DNA of 64,000 bases from Azolla caroliniana (taxonomy: Eukaryota > Plantae > Polypodiophyta): NCBI GenBank assembly GCA_043228905.1, contig JBHGNT010000003.1, forward strand, positions 21,018,001 through 21,082,000. Direction: 5' to 3'. Under the pieces are notes generated by a model. The model worked only from the letters and a program-made list of their open reading frames with translations. It was not told the DNA's origin and made no database searches. Shown one piece after another: positions 25,128-38,480 of the stretch (position 1 is its first letter; the number at the start of each line of letters is the position of its first letter). The translations under genes and the position numbers were made by a program.

Positions 25128-27125
25128 CCTTGTTTATCTTTAAATTGCCAGAGCTAGAAGAAGACTACAGCCAAGAAGCAACAGATTACCTCAACAACTT
25201 GATTGGAGAGAGGGGATTTTTACTGCCAAAGTTGTAGAAAAAGACACATCACATGGGAAAGTTAAAGGCCAAGGAACGGGCACAAAACTTAGTGTTATTT
25301 TGTATGAGATTGAGCCATTTGAATCTGTCTTATTCTGTATGAGATTGAGCCATTTTCTGTAGGAGATTGAAGAAAAGCAGATGGGATGCCAAAGAGAAAC
25401 TAGTTGAGTCTGTGATGAATACCCAATTTTTTTCAAGGAAAAGGAGGTGGATGTATTATGTGGCTTTCATTATGGGTTTTGATTTGTTCTATGGCTGTTT
25501 GATTTGTTCCATGGCTGCGTCATCGAGATGTCTCCAAAACATCGTACATTTTCAGCATATGATCCCATGGAATATAAATCAATGGTAGTGGCAAAGAAGT
25601 TAAATGGCAGAGAATGGTTCTAGTTGGACAATGTCCCACATGTTCAAGCAAAGGTGAATGGAAAAGAGGTGATAAAGAGGCTTATTCGTGCTAAAGTGGA
25701 GGCCTTCTCAAGGTTTATATGTGGTCTTATAGCTCGACGTAGCCATGGAATTTTCTCAAGGTTTATATGTGCTCTGCTAGCAAAGGTGTTATTGGCAACA
25801 ATGTAGTTTTTTGATAATATGTATTTGTGCAGAGGAAACAATATTATGTACTATTTGTATATTGCCTTTGGCTTTTTATTAATACCAATGGAGTATATTT
25901 TTATGGAAAAAAAAAAACCATGGATATATATGTTGTAACATTTTATTTAGAAAGAATGGTTGATGCATGGGAAAACTAAGATTAAGGCATCAAGTTCGAC
26001 ACTCTATATGCACTAAGGATTTGTAAGATCTTGACAAGAAGCTTTGCCATATTTTGAATGGGCACCATCAAATAGTCAAGAATCAATGTGATTCATTACA
26101 AAAGGACTTATTTGTTTCTTCTTTATTGTTACATTAGCAAGGAAAGGAAATATTGATATCTCAATTCAATCATTTGTTTTGATTAAGGGTTGTTTATGTG
26201 GGCCATGTAGTTGATCTCGAATCTTAAAGGTTATTAGAGTTTGATTAGGCTAAAAGATGGTTATATATTCCCCCAAATTATGGCTTTATATTGGCAAAGC
26301 TTCTTAAATGTAAATTTATGCAATGATGTTTGCATATGAAGACAATTCCATCAACCTTGGGTGGATTGGTGTTCAAAGGGTGGAATGAGATTATCAATGC
26401 TAAGTACTAATATGTTGTATCGTCCTTCTATAACCAACTTTCACGGCTCTCATCTAAATCACAAAAGGACTGTAGTGTAGACAAGTCTAGTGCCTAGTGG
26501 TGGAAAATGTTGCAACGTAGTTGGTGTTCACAATTGTCATTTTGATCCAAAGTGTTTTTTGGAGAATGATAATCGGGGGCCTTTAGGTTTAACTTGTTCA
26601 TTTAGAAGACAATATACATCAATTGATCATGTGCCCTATTGCACATGATATTTGGAAATATGGCAAGTTTTGTCTTCACGTTATCTTATTCCTAGACAAC
26701 GTGTCTTTAGCCAATATGAGCAACATGGACTAAAGGATGAGATGGAATCATATTCCACTTTTTAAGGTGTCGGGGGTTGTAGCATAATTGGAATATACCC
26801 AATGCTTTCATGTTTGATGGTAGACATGGAGTAAATGCATACATTCAAAAGTTGAAAGGCTTAGTAATGTCACGTATGGCAAATGTGGATGCTAGCTAAT
26901 GTGGGGATTGTTTCTTTGTGTGGATATTTAACTTTTTTATGGCACTAGGGAATGTCCCTCTCGACACATATGGAGGGAGGGCAATAATATTATATGGTTT
27001 TTACATACAATTCAATAATTGTGTGGTTTACCAAAACAAAGGCGAGAGGGAGAGAGAGAGTAGCAATGTAATAAGTGCCTTGTCTCTCTTCTATCAAGTA
27101 CTTCAATTGTGGTAAAGTCTCACGT

Positions 27126-28172
27126 TGTCATGAAGACTTTCGGCAATGGTGTGAAAATTGAATGGAATGTACCAAATCAAGTGTGGTTCTTCACACACAA
27201 CATAAAACAATAATAATGAAGATACTATTTTATACTAGTTTAATATCTTGGTACAAAAAGATGGAGGTCTTCAAGAGCTTTCGAATACACTTTACCACAT
27301 AAGAAACAAACAACTAAGTGGCAAGTTATGTGGGTATGAAGTTTGCGAACAAGAAGAGAAAAAACAAAACTATGAGATATCCCACATATACATGACAAAT
27401 ATAGATCCTAGAGTATATAACCGGGCCAAAATCTATTACTTTGTGTCTATGAGTGGATCATAGAATGTTCAAGGTGACTTGAGCTAAACTAACCAAATCA
27501 ATGGTACTTGTAAAGGATTTGGTCGATCGGACGGAGTCGGTGGCGAGATGGCAATCGGTGATTGAGACCAAGACCGGATGGCGACGAACAAGATTGGATT
27601 GAAACGGTCGGGACTGACGGATCATGGTGCATGGTGTTTTGAAGATTTTCAGTGTAAATACAAGACCAAAAGCCTAGTAGTATTTTGTGTTTTAATAGGG
27701 ATATAAGCAAGGCTTGAACCTTGCACCTCCAAGATAGGAGACAATAGACTTACCACTAAGCCAAATCATTTCCTTAGAAGATATATTTTTATCATTATAA
27801 TTTTACATGTAAATTCTCATACATGAGAGCTTAGATGATGACATGGCAAGCATGCATGCATTACGTGCATGTCTTGCACGCTCACATGCACCATATGCAT
27901 GGGGGCATCTATAAAAAGAGTGGAGGAATCAAGCAAGAAAGGACTAATGAAAAATTTGGGAAAAATAAGAAACTTGTAATCCTATTGTTGGTGTATCTTC
28001 TCTCTTAAATCTAAAAGTTAAAAGTTCAATCTTTATATCAATATCTCTCTTTCGTCATATCAATCTCTCTCAATCTATCTTAAATACTTTCTCGCTAAAG
28101 TTAGTGCAAACTTCGAATCCTTCCGGTCCAGGATCCCGGTGGTTCCGCGCGTAGTGACGGGTCTTCACGACA
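27126..28172. mobile_element. Solo LTR of an LTR retrotransposon, ~1.05 kb
   Basis: TG..CA termini with an 11/12 inverted repeat (TGTCATGAAGAC / GTCTTCACGACA). 4-bp TSD ACGT at 27122-27125 and 28173-28176; internal TATA-like CTATAAAA near 27909. Confidence 0.75.
27705..27770 (-). mobile_element. tRNA-derived SINE head (Pol III A and B boxes)
   Basis: Minus strand has A box TGGCTTAGTGG (27763-27753) and B box GGTTCAAGCC (27720-27711) 32 nt apart; no complete cloverleaf. Confidence 0.6.
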
Positions 28173-31020
28173 ACGTGTTAAGTGATTAATTAATATTGTT
28201 TAAGTGATTACGTTGTAGGAAAGGATTGGTGTCTGCTTTATTAGTTACCTATGTGCAAGTAGCTCATTAACACTCACTCTTGCCCATCTCGCAAACAAGA
28301 CGGTAAATAGTGGTACGTCTCCATACACAAGTAAATAGAGGGCAAACGAGATCATACATTATACTTATATATGTATATTTAAGAGCTAAAGTGTACCCTG
28401 GAGAAATTTCTCTTAAAGTTCTTCTAAAGTCAACATGAACCACTAGACCAACTTACTACTCACTTTTGTCATGTTCAATAATTGTGTTAAAACAATCAAC
28501 AAGAACCATTATATTGGCTCACTTTCCTAATCTCTTTCTTATTTTTGTTGTCTAGACAACCACACCTAAATCATCATGTGGATAGGTGAAGTTGAGCTAT
28601 TGTTTGGAACCCATACACAATTCCTAATGTGTGTAAAGACAACTAGAACAATAAATTTGAATGCGAAAACCTCACTTACAACCATCATATTGAGGTTCAC
28701 GCACAACCATTGTGTTGAGGTTTTTAACAACTCTCAAGTTGCACAACCACCAAGTGCTCACATTGTATGGAGTTGACCCACAACAGTAAACTTGAACCAT
28801 CACGTAGAAAGGAAAACTTGAGCCACCAAGTGGAGCAAATGATTCCAACAAACTATGTCTAATGATTGCTAATAATGTAATATGGGAAACAATTATTCTT
28901 TATTACTTATTGCATAACTAGACCAATTGTCTCTTAACTTTTTAGAGTCTTTGTCTAGGAAGGAAATGTGTCATCTCAATGAATTGATATTTAAAACCAT
29001 GAGAAGACAAGAGATCATTAATGACATCGAAGTAAATAGATTTTCACGATTCTCTAGAATTCGTCATGGTTTTAAGTTTTAACAATCCATATCGACGGGG
29101 TTGCGGCATATTTTGGACATACAATATACATCACATAGTGTTCAATGTAATCTTACAAATCTAAGGCCACCAATAATTCTAAATAATCAACTCTAAAGTC
29201 TTTTAGACTCTAATGTGCCTAGCCTTTGGTGTATCATGGTAGTATTCCAATACTTTGAGTAGAGAAGAGCTCTCAGGAATATCAAGAAGATTGGTCCAAA
29301 AGAATAAGACATCTTGCCAATTGTAGCAATTATAATATTTACAAGAATTCTTGAACCTCAAACCGGAATCACAATCTAGTCCAATATGATTGAAGACATT
29401 TTAGGCGAATATATCGATACTACAATCTATATGGATGGAAATCAAATAAGGCTCCAATCTATGGGACAGCAAAAACTCTAGTTATTAACACTCCACTAAT
29501 AACTAATCGAGACCCAATAGCACTTGCTTTTGATGGTCAAATGTAGTTTCTTCCACCCAAGGTGGTACAGAGGATCGTCGACATAGTGTGTCTATCTTTC
29601 CTTGTTGTACCCCTAGGTGATTCGAGATGAAGAAATTGAAATGTCCTAGAAATTGCACCTAGCAAGCTTGGCACTATGACATGGAGCTACTTGAAGTGTT
29701 CTTGGTGGCCTTCTTGTTCCAACATGGTTAGAGTTGCATATCCTCGAGCAAGTCATCCTTGGTGGCTTGGATCGTAGAGAAGAGCGCATTCTTGCTTGTG
29801 AGTGTGACTCCTATATATACATAGGAATCCACTACTTAAACTTTCCCTATTAAAAGGGTGAAGACAAATTGTCATTGAGATGGCATAGGTGTATTGAAAG
29901 ATCATGGCATAATCTATCCTAGGTTCACTTTACTATGAAGGCTTTTTCGAACAAAAAATCATTGAGGACATTAATATAATGATGTCGTACATTTGCATAA
30001 GTGTGATTGAAAGAAGACGGCCATGTCGTCGACATAAAGAAGAATGTAGACTAATTAGTGCATGTAATAAGTTTAGCAACCTCCCATCGTCATGTGCAAT
30101 GTAGTTCGCTAACTCGTCAATGTATAGTTCAATGAGGGTAATTAGGGAGCATCCTTGTTGTGCTTGTGATTACCTTTGACCTCCCTCCCCTCTATTGCAC
30201 ACTAAACTTGTCCATACACTTGTTCGTACAGTGCATGTATCATCCACATCTTGTCATAAGGGATTTTAACTGCATAGTCGTTGTGAGATATGTTCCCTTG
30301 GTACACTATCAAAGGCCTCGTGGAAATCTACAAAACGGGAGGATATGGTTGGTGGTAGAGAAAGCTCTTCCATACCTTTAAAGCGCAAATGTGAGTTTTG
30401 CCTCAATCATCGCCCTATTACGTTTGGTGAATGTGTAATCAATCAACCATGATAATCTGGCAATATTTTTGTTGATGAGGGTCCTATGACTTATGGTTAG
30501 GCAAAATCATGCACATGGACTTATGGTTGGGCAAAATCATGCACATGGTCTTTGTTGGGAAGGACCTCCACCAAGGCCCTATGGAACATGTGTGTAAGGA
30601 TAGGGGCAACCAAGTGTGTGCCTACCACATACGTGAGTGCTCTCATGGGCCAAATTTGGCCTTAGAAGAAGTTAATATATCTTTCTTCCTTTCTTTCTTT
30701 CTCCTTATGTTCCCGCATGTCCATGTTGAAGGCATCGAGACGACTCCTCAACTTTAAACAAGGTGTAGACAGTGGTGGCAAATATGGCAAGGCTCAAATG
30801 ATCGTGGTAAAGGGAGGTGGGGCCCGGGGGGGGGGGGGGGGGGTGGGTTTGGCGAGGGAATGTGATGCTATACTTGGGTTCGAAGAGACAAAAGGAAGCA
30901 TATCTTTTGGACCAAGCAATGCTGCTACAAACACCCACCACCACCAACCAAACCAAGAAAAGGAAGAAGAGAAGGAAATGAGGCACAAGAATCAAGCAAA
31001 CACACCCATTAATCCCATCC

Positions 31021-31676
31021 ATATGTATGTGTGTGTATGTATGCATGCATGCATGTATGTATGAATGTATGTATGTATGTATGCATGTATTTGTGAAATG
31101 TATGTATGTATGTCTATGTATATACGTATGCATGCATGTATGTATGTATGTAAGAAAATATGTATGTATTTATGTAAATGTATGCATGTATGTATGTATG
31201 TAAGAAAATATGTATGTATTTATGTATATGTATGCATGTATGTATGTATGTAAGAAAATATGTATGTATTTATGTATATGTATGCATGTATGTATGTATG
31301 TAAGAAAATATGTATGTATTTATGTATATGTATGCATGTATGTATGTATGTAAGAAAATATGTATGTATTTATGTATATGTATGCATGTATGTATGTATG
31401 TAAGAAAATATGTATGTATTTATGTATATGTATGCATGTATGTATGTACATGTATACCTCTATATGTATATATGTATGTATGTATGTATGTATGTACATG
31501 TATACCTCTTTGTGTATGTCTATGTATGCATGTGTGTATACATATATGTATGTACGTACACGTATGTATGCCTCTCTGTGTACATCTGTATGTATGTACA
31601 TCTGTATGTATATGTATGCATGTATGATGTATGTATGTATGTACTGTGTACATGTATACCTCTCTGTGTGTACATA
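31021..31676. repeat. (TATG)n-derived compound satellite with a 6 x 50-bp higher-order unit
   Basis: Marker TAAGAAAATA at 31151, 31201, 31251, 31301, 31351 and 31401; the array ends about 110 bp before the UBR7 ATG. Confidence 0.95.
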
Positions 31677-31786
31677 TCTCTGTCTTCTCTGTTTCTTTTC
31701 TGTCTGATTGCGATTTCTCCCGCCATTTCCTTCCTCCTCCTCTGTTTGTTCGGGTCGGTGGAATTTCACAGGAAGTGAGGACAGAC

Positions 31787-34700
31787 ATGGAAGGCTTTCC
31801 CGCTTCGAATGGCTCCTCTTCTGTTCAGCAGCAGCAGCAGCAGACAGGGACTGAAGAAGAAGAAGAAGAAGAAGGAGGAGAAGGAGGAAGAAGAAGAATA
31901 GGAGAAGAAGAAGAGCAGGAGGAGGAGGAGGAAGAAGAAGAAGAAAATGTTGTTACTATCAAAGAATACGTCGACAGTCTCGAAGAGCAAGAACTGGTAA
32001 GAACGAAATCTTTTACTCTTCTTCTTCTTCTTCTTCTTCTCAAATTCCGTTAAAGTGGATCTTTGTTCACCACTGAATTTCCAGTCCGCATTCGGCGGGA
32101 CTGGAATTCATACGTCGTTTCCTCTCTATGAATCATGATTTCGTGATAGAAAAAAAAAATACTCTCTCTCTCTCTCTCTGCATTTGAATTTTTTATGCAC
32201 AAATCCATCGTGATTCTTATTCATGACTCTTCCCCGGATCTTACCTCACTCTCTGGCCGTTGTCTTCACGGTTTTACACCCATATCATAACATAATAACC
32301 GTAAATCCTATAGAACCCAAGTAGGATGATCCAATCAATCTCCCTGCGGATGCTCATAATGCATCAATCTTTGTCTTTCTTTCTCAACATCTCCCGGATT
32401 GATCGACCAAAGGCACCTCTTTGATTAGGTCTACAGGTTTTCTCCAAACAACGTTTCATCAGGTCGTTTCAGGTAATTGTGGTGTGGATTTATCCATCAG
32501 TGTATTCTGCACCTTTTATCACATGGTTGGCGGCAACATAGAATAAGCATGTACACTACGTTTACCTTTTGGGATCTTTAGTTCTTCTTCCATCTGGTCC
32601 TTGCCAAAGGCATAATGGATGGTCAATAAACCCTGTCCAATTCTGTATAAATGAAGCAGATGCCATCAAATAGTGCAAATGGATCCACTGGAAAGCATAG
32701 TTGTACAAAGTGGGAGACAAAAAAGAAGCAGGAATCAATCTTTTCTTTAACTGTAAAATGGTGTTTCTGCGAAATCTTTTTATAGTTTGGTTTGTTTTCT
32801 GTTTTCTTTATTTCCCTCCATCTCTTCTTATTGCACAAGTTTCATTTTTTTCACTCTTACAACTTGAACTTATCACATACATATTACATGCACACTCTCT
32901 TAATCTCCGTTTCTACCTTCCTCTATCCCATCTCTTCTTATTTGCAATTTGAATCTTTGTTAAGGCAACTCGCAACCTTTACTGCTGTCATATAGCCACA
33001 TCCTGTTCTACTATTGTAGAATTTGTAATCCGTATGGACTAGTGTAATTCAAGAATACACTAAAGAAGTAATGATTGGTGAATTTAGACTATATGGAATT
33101 TCAAAGACTGGGTACACATTATTTGTGGGTACATTTGCTTCCAGTCCATAGGACATTTTGTTTTTATTGGGAGGATTCTGCGTCCCCATTCATTGTAGGT
33201 GTTATCTATGGATTTTCACTGTATAATTAAAATGCTGCATTTGAGGAACTAATTCAGGCTCAAGTTTAGATTCTGTTCATAAGTCAAATTGCTGCATAGA
33301 GGACACTGTCTAGGGCAGTGATACAGAGATTAATGCACAGCTCATTGGTGGATCTCAAGTCAGCATAAATGGCATTGCTCAGATTGTTCATGAATCAGCT
33401 TACTCCATAAAGAACATTTACACAATCCATGACATGCGTACACCCTACAGCCTATAATGCATCACTCATTTGTTGAACAGAACCTTTGTCTTGAAAGTCA
33501 TATGAATGCATACATGATTGCTATGTGTCCGATGTTCTCTTTCATGATGCTTAAAGAATGTGCATCTTTCATGCATGATATTTATAACTTGGACAGATTT
33601 TTATTTATAAAGGATTTTCTCATTCATATTGTATGATAATTTCATGTTTAATGGTATGTGTCTTCACAGCCTTGCATGCATTATGTGCGAAACTCTTACA
33701 TGATTCATAGTTAATGTTTTTATTAGAGTTTCATGCTTAAAGCTATGTAATTTTCATGCATCAGGTGTAAAAATTTTGTAATGTCTTAACATAACTAGAT
33801 TTTGCATTTATAAAGTAAGTAAGCATAACCCAGATCTGGTGTTTCTCATTCATGTAGGAGAAAACTATTTGTGTTTAAAGTTTCAAGCTAAACTATATAT
33901 GAGTCCTAACCTGGCTGGATCATTAATTTTGATGAAGGAAGTAGACATGATCCTTGGTGGAGATGATGGGAAGGAATGCACCTATCCAAAAGGTTACCTA
34001 CCAAGGCAAGCTGTATTCTCCTGCATTACCTGCTGTCCTGAGGGCAATGCAGGCGTTTGCGTTGCTTGTTCTATGGCATGCCATGATGGTCACGAGGTAT
34101 GATTTTATCTTCTAACACACATTGATTCTTATGTTATTGATCATTTATATTCGTGTCTTAATTTTCTCTGGAGTTATAGATATATCTGCCCATACATAAA
34201 TGGAATTCTGGAATTATGCTTTTTTTAAGGTCATAGAAATCTGGACAAGGAGGCACTTCCGATGTGATTGTGGTAATTCCAAGTTCGGTGTAGGGATATG
34301 TAAGCTTTTCAGCAGCAAGGATACGGAAAACAGTGAAAATGTGTACAATCAGAACTTCACTGGTGTATATTGTACTTGTAAACGACCATATCCAGACCCC
34401 GATTGTACAGAGGATGTAGGAGAGATGCTACAGTGTTGTGTGTGTGAGGATTGGTTTCATGAAATCCATCTTGGTCTAGCATCAGCTGATGAGGTGCACA
34501 GAACATGCAATGCACTTGCTTTCATTTATTTTTATTTTGGGGGGGAGAGGTCTTGTCAATACTCTTATCTTCACTGCATGAAATTCCCAAAAATTACCAT
34601 AATATTTTCAAAATCCCTAAAAAAGTCTGACAAGAATCATTGAGAGAGAAATCTTCTGGGAGTGAATTTGAAAATATGAGAGGGTTATTTTGGGAAATTT

Positions 34701-35838
34701 ATGAGAAATGAAGAGTTTTTATTCTCTGAGTTTTAAAAAATCAGATTTTGTTTAGAATCTGTGAAAATACAAGAGTTATTTTTAGGAATTTGATGGATAT
34801 TTTGGCAAGTCTCCTTGTTTTTTCCCCTACATAGTGTTTCCATATTCCATATATAACATAGATTGTTGAAAATTTTCTTTCAGGTTCCACGAGATAATGA
34901 AGGGGGACCCTTGTTTGAGGAGCTCATATGTCAATCATGTGCATCTTCTCTAGACTTTTTGTCATACTATGATGAAGTCTTGGTGCCATTTACTGGTGTA
35001 AGCAGTAACCATAAAGAGGGTGAATTAATAGGAACAATTTGTGGAGAGACAACAGATTTTGCACATAGTATTGTAGATATAGATGGTTGTCAGACTTCCC
35101 CTGCAAATTCATTGAAAGAACCTTCTTCTTTAGATTCGAAGAGTCATCCCAATCCTACTCTAGAAGGGAATATAAACCTGGGTCATGAAAGAGATGGCTT
35201 TGATGAACCAGGAACTCAAACTGACATAAATCGACTGGGTTGCAAATTAAGACCAAGAGAGGATTTGTCTTACACAAAGGGAAACTGTACAATATTTGAT
35301 GAGAAGTATTCAAAAGATAATAACAATGGAGAATCGAGCAGCATCCACACTAGTTCTGGTAGAGCTTTATTTCTGAAGAGAAATTGGCGATCTGAATTGT
35401 GCCAATGTGATGTTTGTTGTGGGATGTATTCGAAGAAGGGTGTAAGCTTTTTGATAGACCACAATGATACACTAATAAAATATGAGGAGACAGCAAAGCT
35501 GAAAAGGAAAGAAAAGATGGAGGCAACCAATGGGCATGATCTATCATTTCTTAATGGCCTTGGTCACACAGGACAGATCGAATTTTTACACGGGCTTAAT
35601 GACATGACAACCGAACTTTCAGCTTTCTTTGTATGTGTATCTTTTTTCTTTTTCGTTTTCTCATGAATTAGTAGGCTTTATTTATAATGTTGTAGGTTTG
35701 TAATGATAACATAATAGAATGAATGGGTTTATGTATATTCAGGCATCACGCGAAGCTGGGAAAGCAATAACGAGTGCCGATATCTATGGCTTCTTCGACA
35801 ATTTGAAGAGGAAACGAGCGCGTTTGAATGAGCAATAA
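31787..35838 (+). CDS. UBR7: UBR7-like E3 ubiquitin ligase (UBR-box zinc finger plus PHD)
   Basis: Exons 31787-31996, 33938-34096, 34230-34493, 34884-35630 and 35743-35838, all phase 0 GT-AG. Motifs ECTYPKGYLPRQAVFSC, GVCVACSMACHDGHE, FRCDCGNSKF, YCTCKRPYPDP, MLQCCVCEDWFH and WRSELCQCDVC; basic C-terminus KRKRAR. Confidence 0.95.
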
Positions 35839-36899
35839 ATCCATACATCTCATTGTATAATTTTAGTTTGTTTATCAGAGGTACTCCATCAATGTTGTGA
35901 AGTATTTTCTTGATGCCATGAAATTTATACTTAAAGAGCTCATATTCACTGAATCTGAATTGATTTTTATTGGTCTCTTAGTGATCTCTTATACTTTTGG
36001 TTTTATATAATCTAGTCTCAAAATCTACTTTTTTCTATTTAAATTGTTCTCACAAGGTTTAGGTTCACTCATTGAATGGAACACCGGGATTCTAGTATTA
36101 TGCATACGGTCATTATCATCAAAGTGAGTTCTATCCTTTGCTACAACATTACAAATATATAATATATTTAGTTAATATTTGTTCCGTAGTATGTTGGTTT
36201 ATAATTGAAATCTTTTGCCGCGATGTATTTGATGTGATGATGCCGTTTCCATCGATTTCAGTTATGCTAACCGCTTTTACATGATTACCGAGTATTATGA
36301 TCTACTTTTGAAACAAAAGCTTCTTTTCTTTTCATTTAAATGTTTTAAACTGCATTAGTTAATCTAAGCGAGGATATGTATATTTTGTGTGTGGTATATA
36401 TGGTATATATGTATGGCATGCTCAGAAGGTTGGGCTATATTGAGTGTGGTCAATCAGGTAAACAAACAATATATATATGTTCTCAGCACAAAATGCTTTT
36501 TGTGTTGATCAAGCAATTCAAGTTTCTTCTGTTTTCTGTATTGATCAAGCAATTCTAACTTCTGCTATTATGTCACCTAAAACCATTGAAATATAGGATG
36601 ACATTGATTTGTAGTTTTGTCCCAATGTTCAAGATAGTTTTATCTAGAGCTTTTACCAAGGTAACATAGTTAAACAAAAATAATGCATCATTAGTTGGAA
36701 AGGACATCGGTCACGCTACATTTGTTAACAATTGTCAACTTGTCATAACCAATAATATATCATTTATTGGGGACACTAATCCAACATTACATTTGTTTAG
36801 CAATTATTGGATAAGTGTCACCTTTTATTTGTGCATTGATGTATGAAATTTCCACTGATGATGGGAACAACTTTTTGTATTGAAGATCAAGTATTCTAT

Positions 36900-38480
36900 C
36901 CAAGAACAGCAGAAACCCTATCTTCTGCCATGAGATATCAATTGTCCCCTAACATGATGAGATTATTGTGCCAAAGCTGGAGTTAAATATAAGGGGTTGG
37001 CTTCTCAATGCAAGTTGGAAATTGTCTATACTGTTTGATGTGTGCATTCCAAGGGAATTGTCACCTACAAGATTGTTTGGAGAAATGAAGCTTTGTCTAA
37101 AAATGTGGTAAAAATATTCAAGCTTGGAAAACCCATTTAGAAAGCAATTTGTGAGACGCCCATAATGAAAGCCCACTACACATTGAATGTCCAAATAGAT
37201 CTAGGAATTAGGAAACGGTGTCTACTATGTTCTAGTGACTTCTTGCAATAAAGTCAACTTTTCTAACACTCGACATCTCATAAACTATCCATTCATGCAT
37301 ATGGACTCATTTGTGATAGACATAACATGTTTTCACGTTGACAAGGCTCTTATGTCCTTTAAATGATCGACATACCTCAAGTGAAGAATCAATAACTGAT
37401 TGGACTGCCCATTCCAAACGATAATACAATCTTTGATTGTATTACACAATCCGACACTCTCTACCAAAGCAGTTGTCAAATGATTGGCTATCATTGACCC
37501 AGAACATGTCACTTATTTATCACTCTTCCCTACATTCCACTACAAAGCTATTATCTTTCTTTTTCCAATTTTGATCCCAACTTTCAAACTCAATAAGCTA
37601 CCAACTCTCCATGATTGGAACTCAATAAGCTTCCATTAAGTATTTTTGGAGTACATGCGTGCGTCCATGGAACTCAAGTGAGGCCTAGTCTTTCCTTCCT
37701 TTGCCATTACCAAAACAATGTTGAAGTTATGAAGCTATCAATAGCCTTCATAGACCATGGTAATAGCAACAAATAATGTGACACCTTAGGAAGCATTCTT
37801 ATCACAGAATTTTAACTCGCATATAGAGCAAGCATGGGTGTTTCTTCACATGCTAATTTTTTCCTTGATTTTTTGGGATATCCACTAAATGAGCATTTCA
37901 TATTAGCAACTTTCATACAAGTTGGATACCATAATCCTACCCAACCAAGCCCATGCAAATTCCTCTTCATACATTACGGCAAACAAGTTCCAAACTTTCA
38001 TAGCTTTCCTAATATCTTCCTACGTTCTGCCCTAAAACAAAAAATGGTCATTTGCCAAAGTCTCTCGCCAACGCAAGGATCTCTTAAAGGTAGTAATAAC
38101 CCAACAAAATTCTTCCACCTTTGCCATAGTATGCATTGATGCAACATTATCAAATAGGATGCAAAGCAATCGCAAACAGTAAGAGAATTACTAGGCACCC
38201 TTGACTCGATGATTTTCTAAGTGGAATGGGTTGTTCTTTGTCTCTCTAGAACATTGGTAATATTAATACACTTGAAAACCACTACATTGTTGCAACAATT
38301 AATTTAATGCCATCGTGATATTGGTGGTGGGACATGTTGAGGCGCTAATAGATATGAAGAACACATGGTCAAGGAGAGAATCTCCACTTCCTCATGTGTA
38401 GAATTCCCAAATCAATTTTCCCTTAAACTTCCATTGCATTCCTTGAACTCCATGTCTATATTAAACTGCAAGCATTTTGC
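36900..38480 (-). mobile_element. Highly degenerate L1-like LINE RT remnant
   Basis: Minus-strand pieces SSQGCLVILLLFAIALHP (like RQGCPLSPLLF, ~38200) and VPWTHACTPK (post-RT motif, ~37660). Boundaries approximate. Confidence 0.55.

Larger units (their letters stand above)
22147..25915 (+). mobile_element. 5'-truncated L1-like LINE (copy C) with a 2-kb 3' tail
   Basis: 18-bp TSD AACCATGGATATATATGT at 22129-22146 and 25916-25933; poly(A) 25907-25917. ORF2 remnants 22240-23915 include zinc finger CVMCGFASESLHHVFWEC and KWNYIPPRWLFPP. Confidence 0.9.
18560..27125 (+). mobile_element. Old degenerate L1-like LINE (copy A) interrupted by nested insertions
   Basis: RT motifs LDLEKTYDHVN, GLHINWRKS and FRHLGYPLG. 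The reading frame continues across the MITE (ISCTK|IRLQ), LINE B (MENMGVT|CIS*NHLAP) and LINE C (REEQPWIYM|L) once they are removed. Ends approximate. Confidence 0.7.

Noticed and set aside
27509-28172. Alternative LTR start at TGTAAAGG
   Set aside because: It has no terminal inverted repeat or TSD, whereas the start at 27126 gives both.
30705-31788. Many overlapping MYVC/HTYI-rich ORFs
   Set aside because: Artefacts of the (TATG)n satellite.
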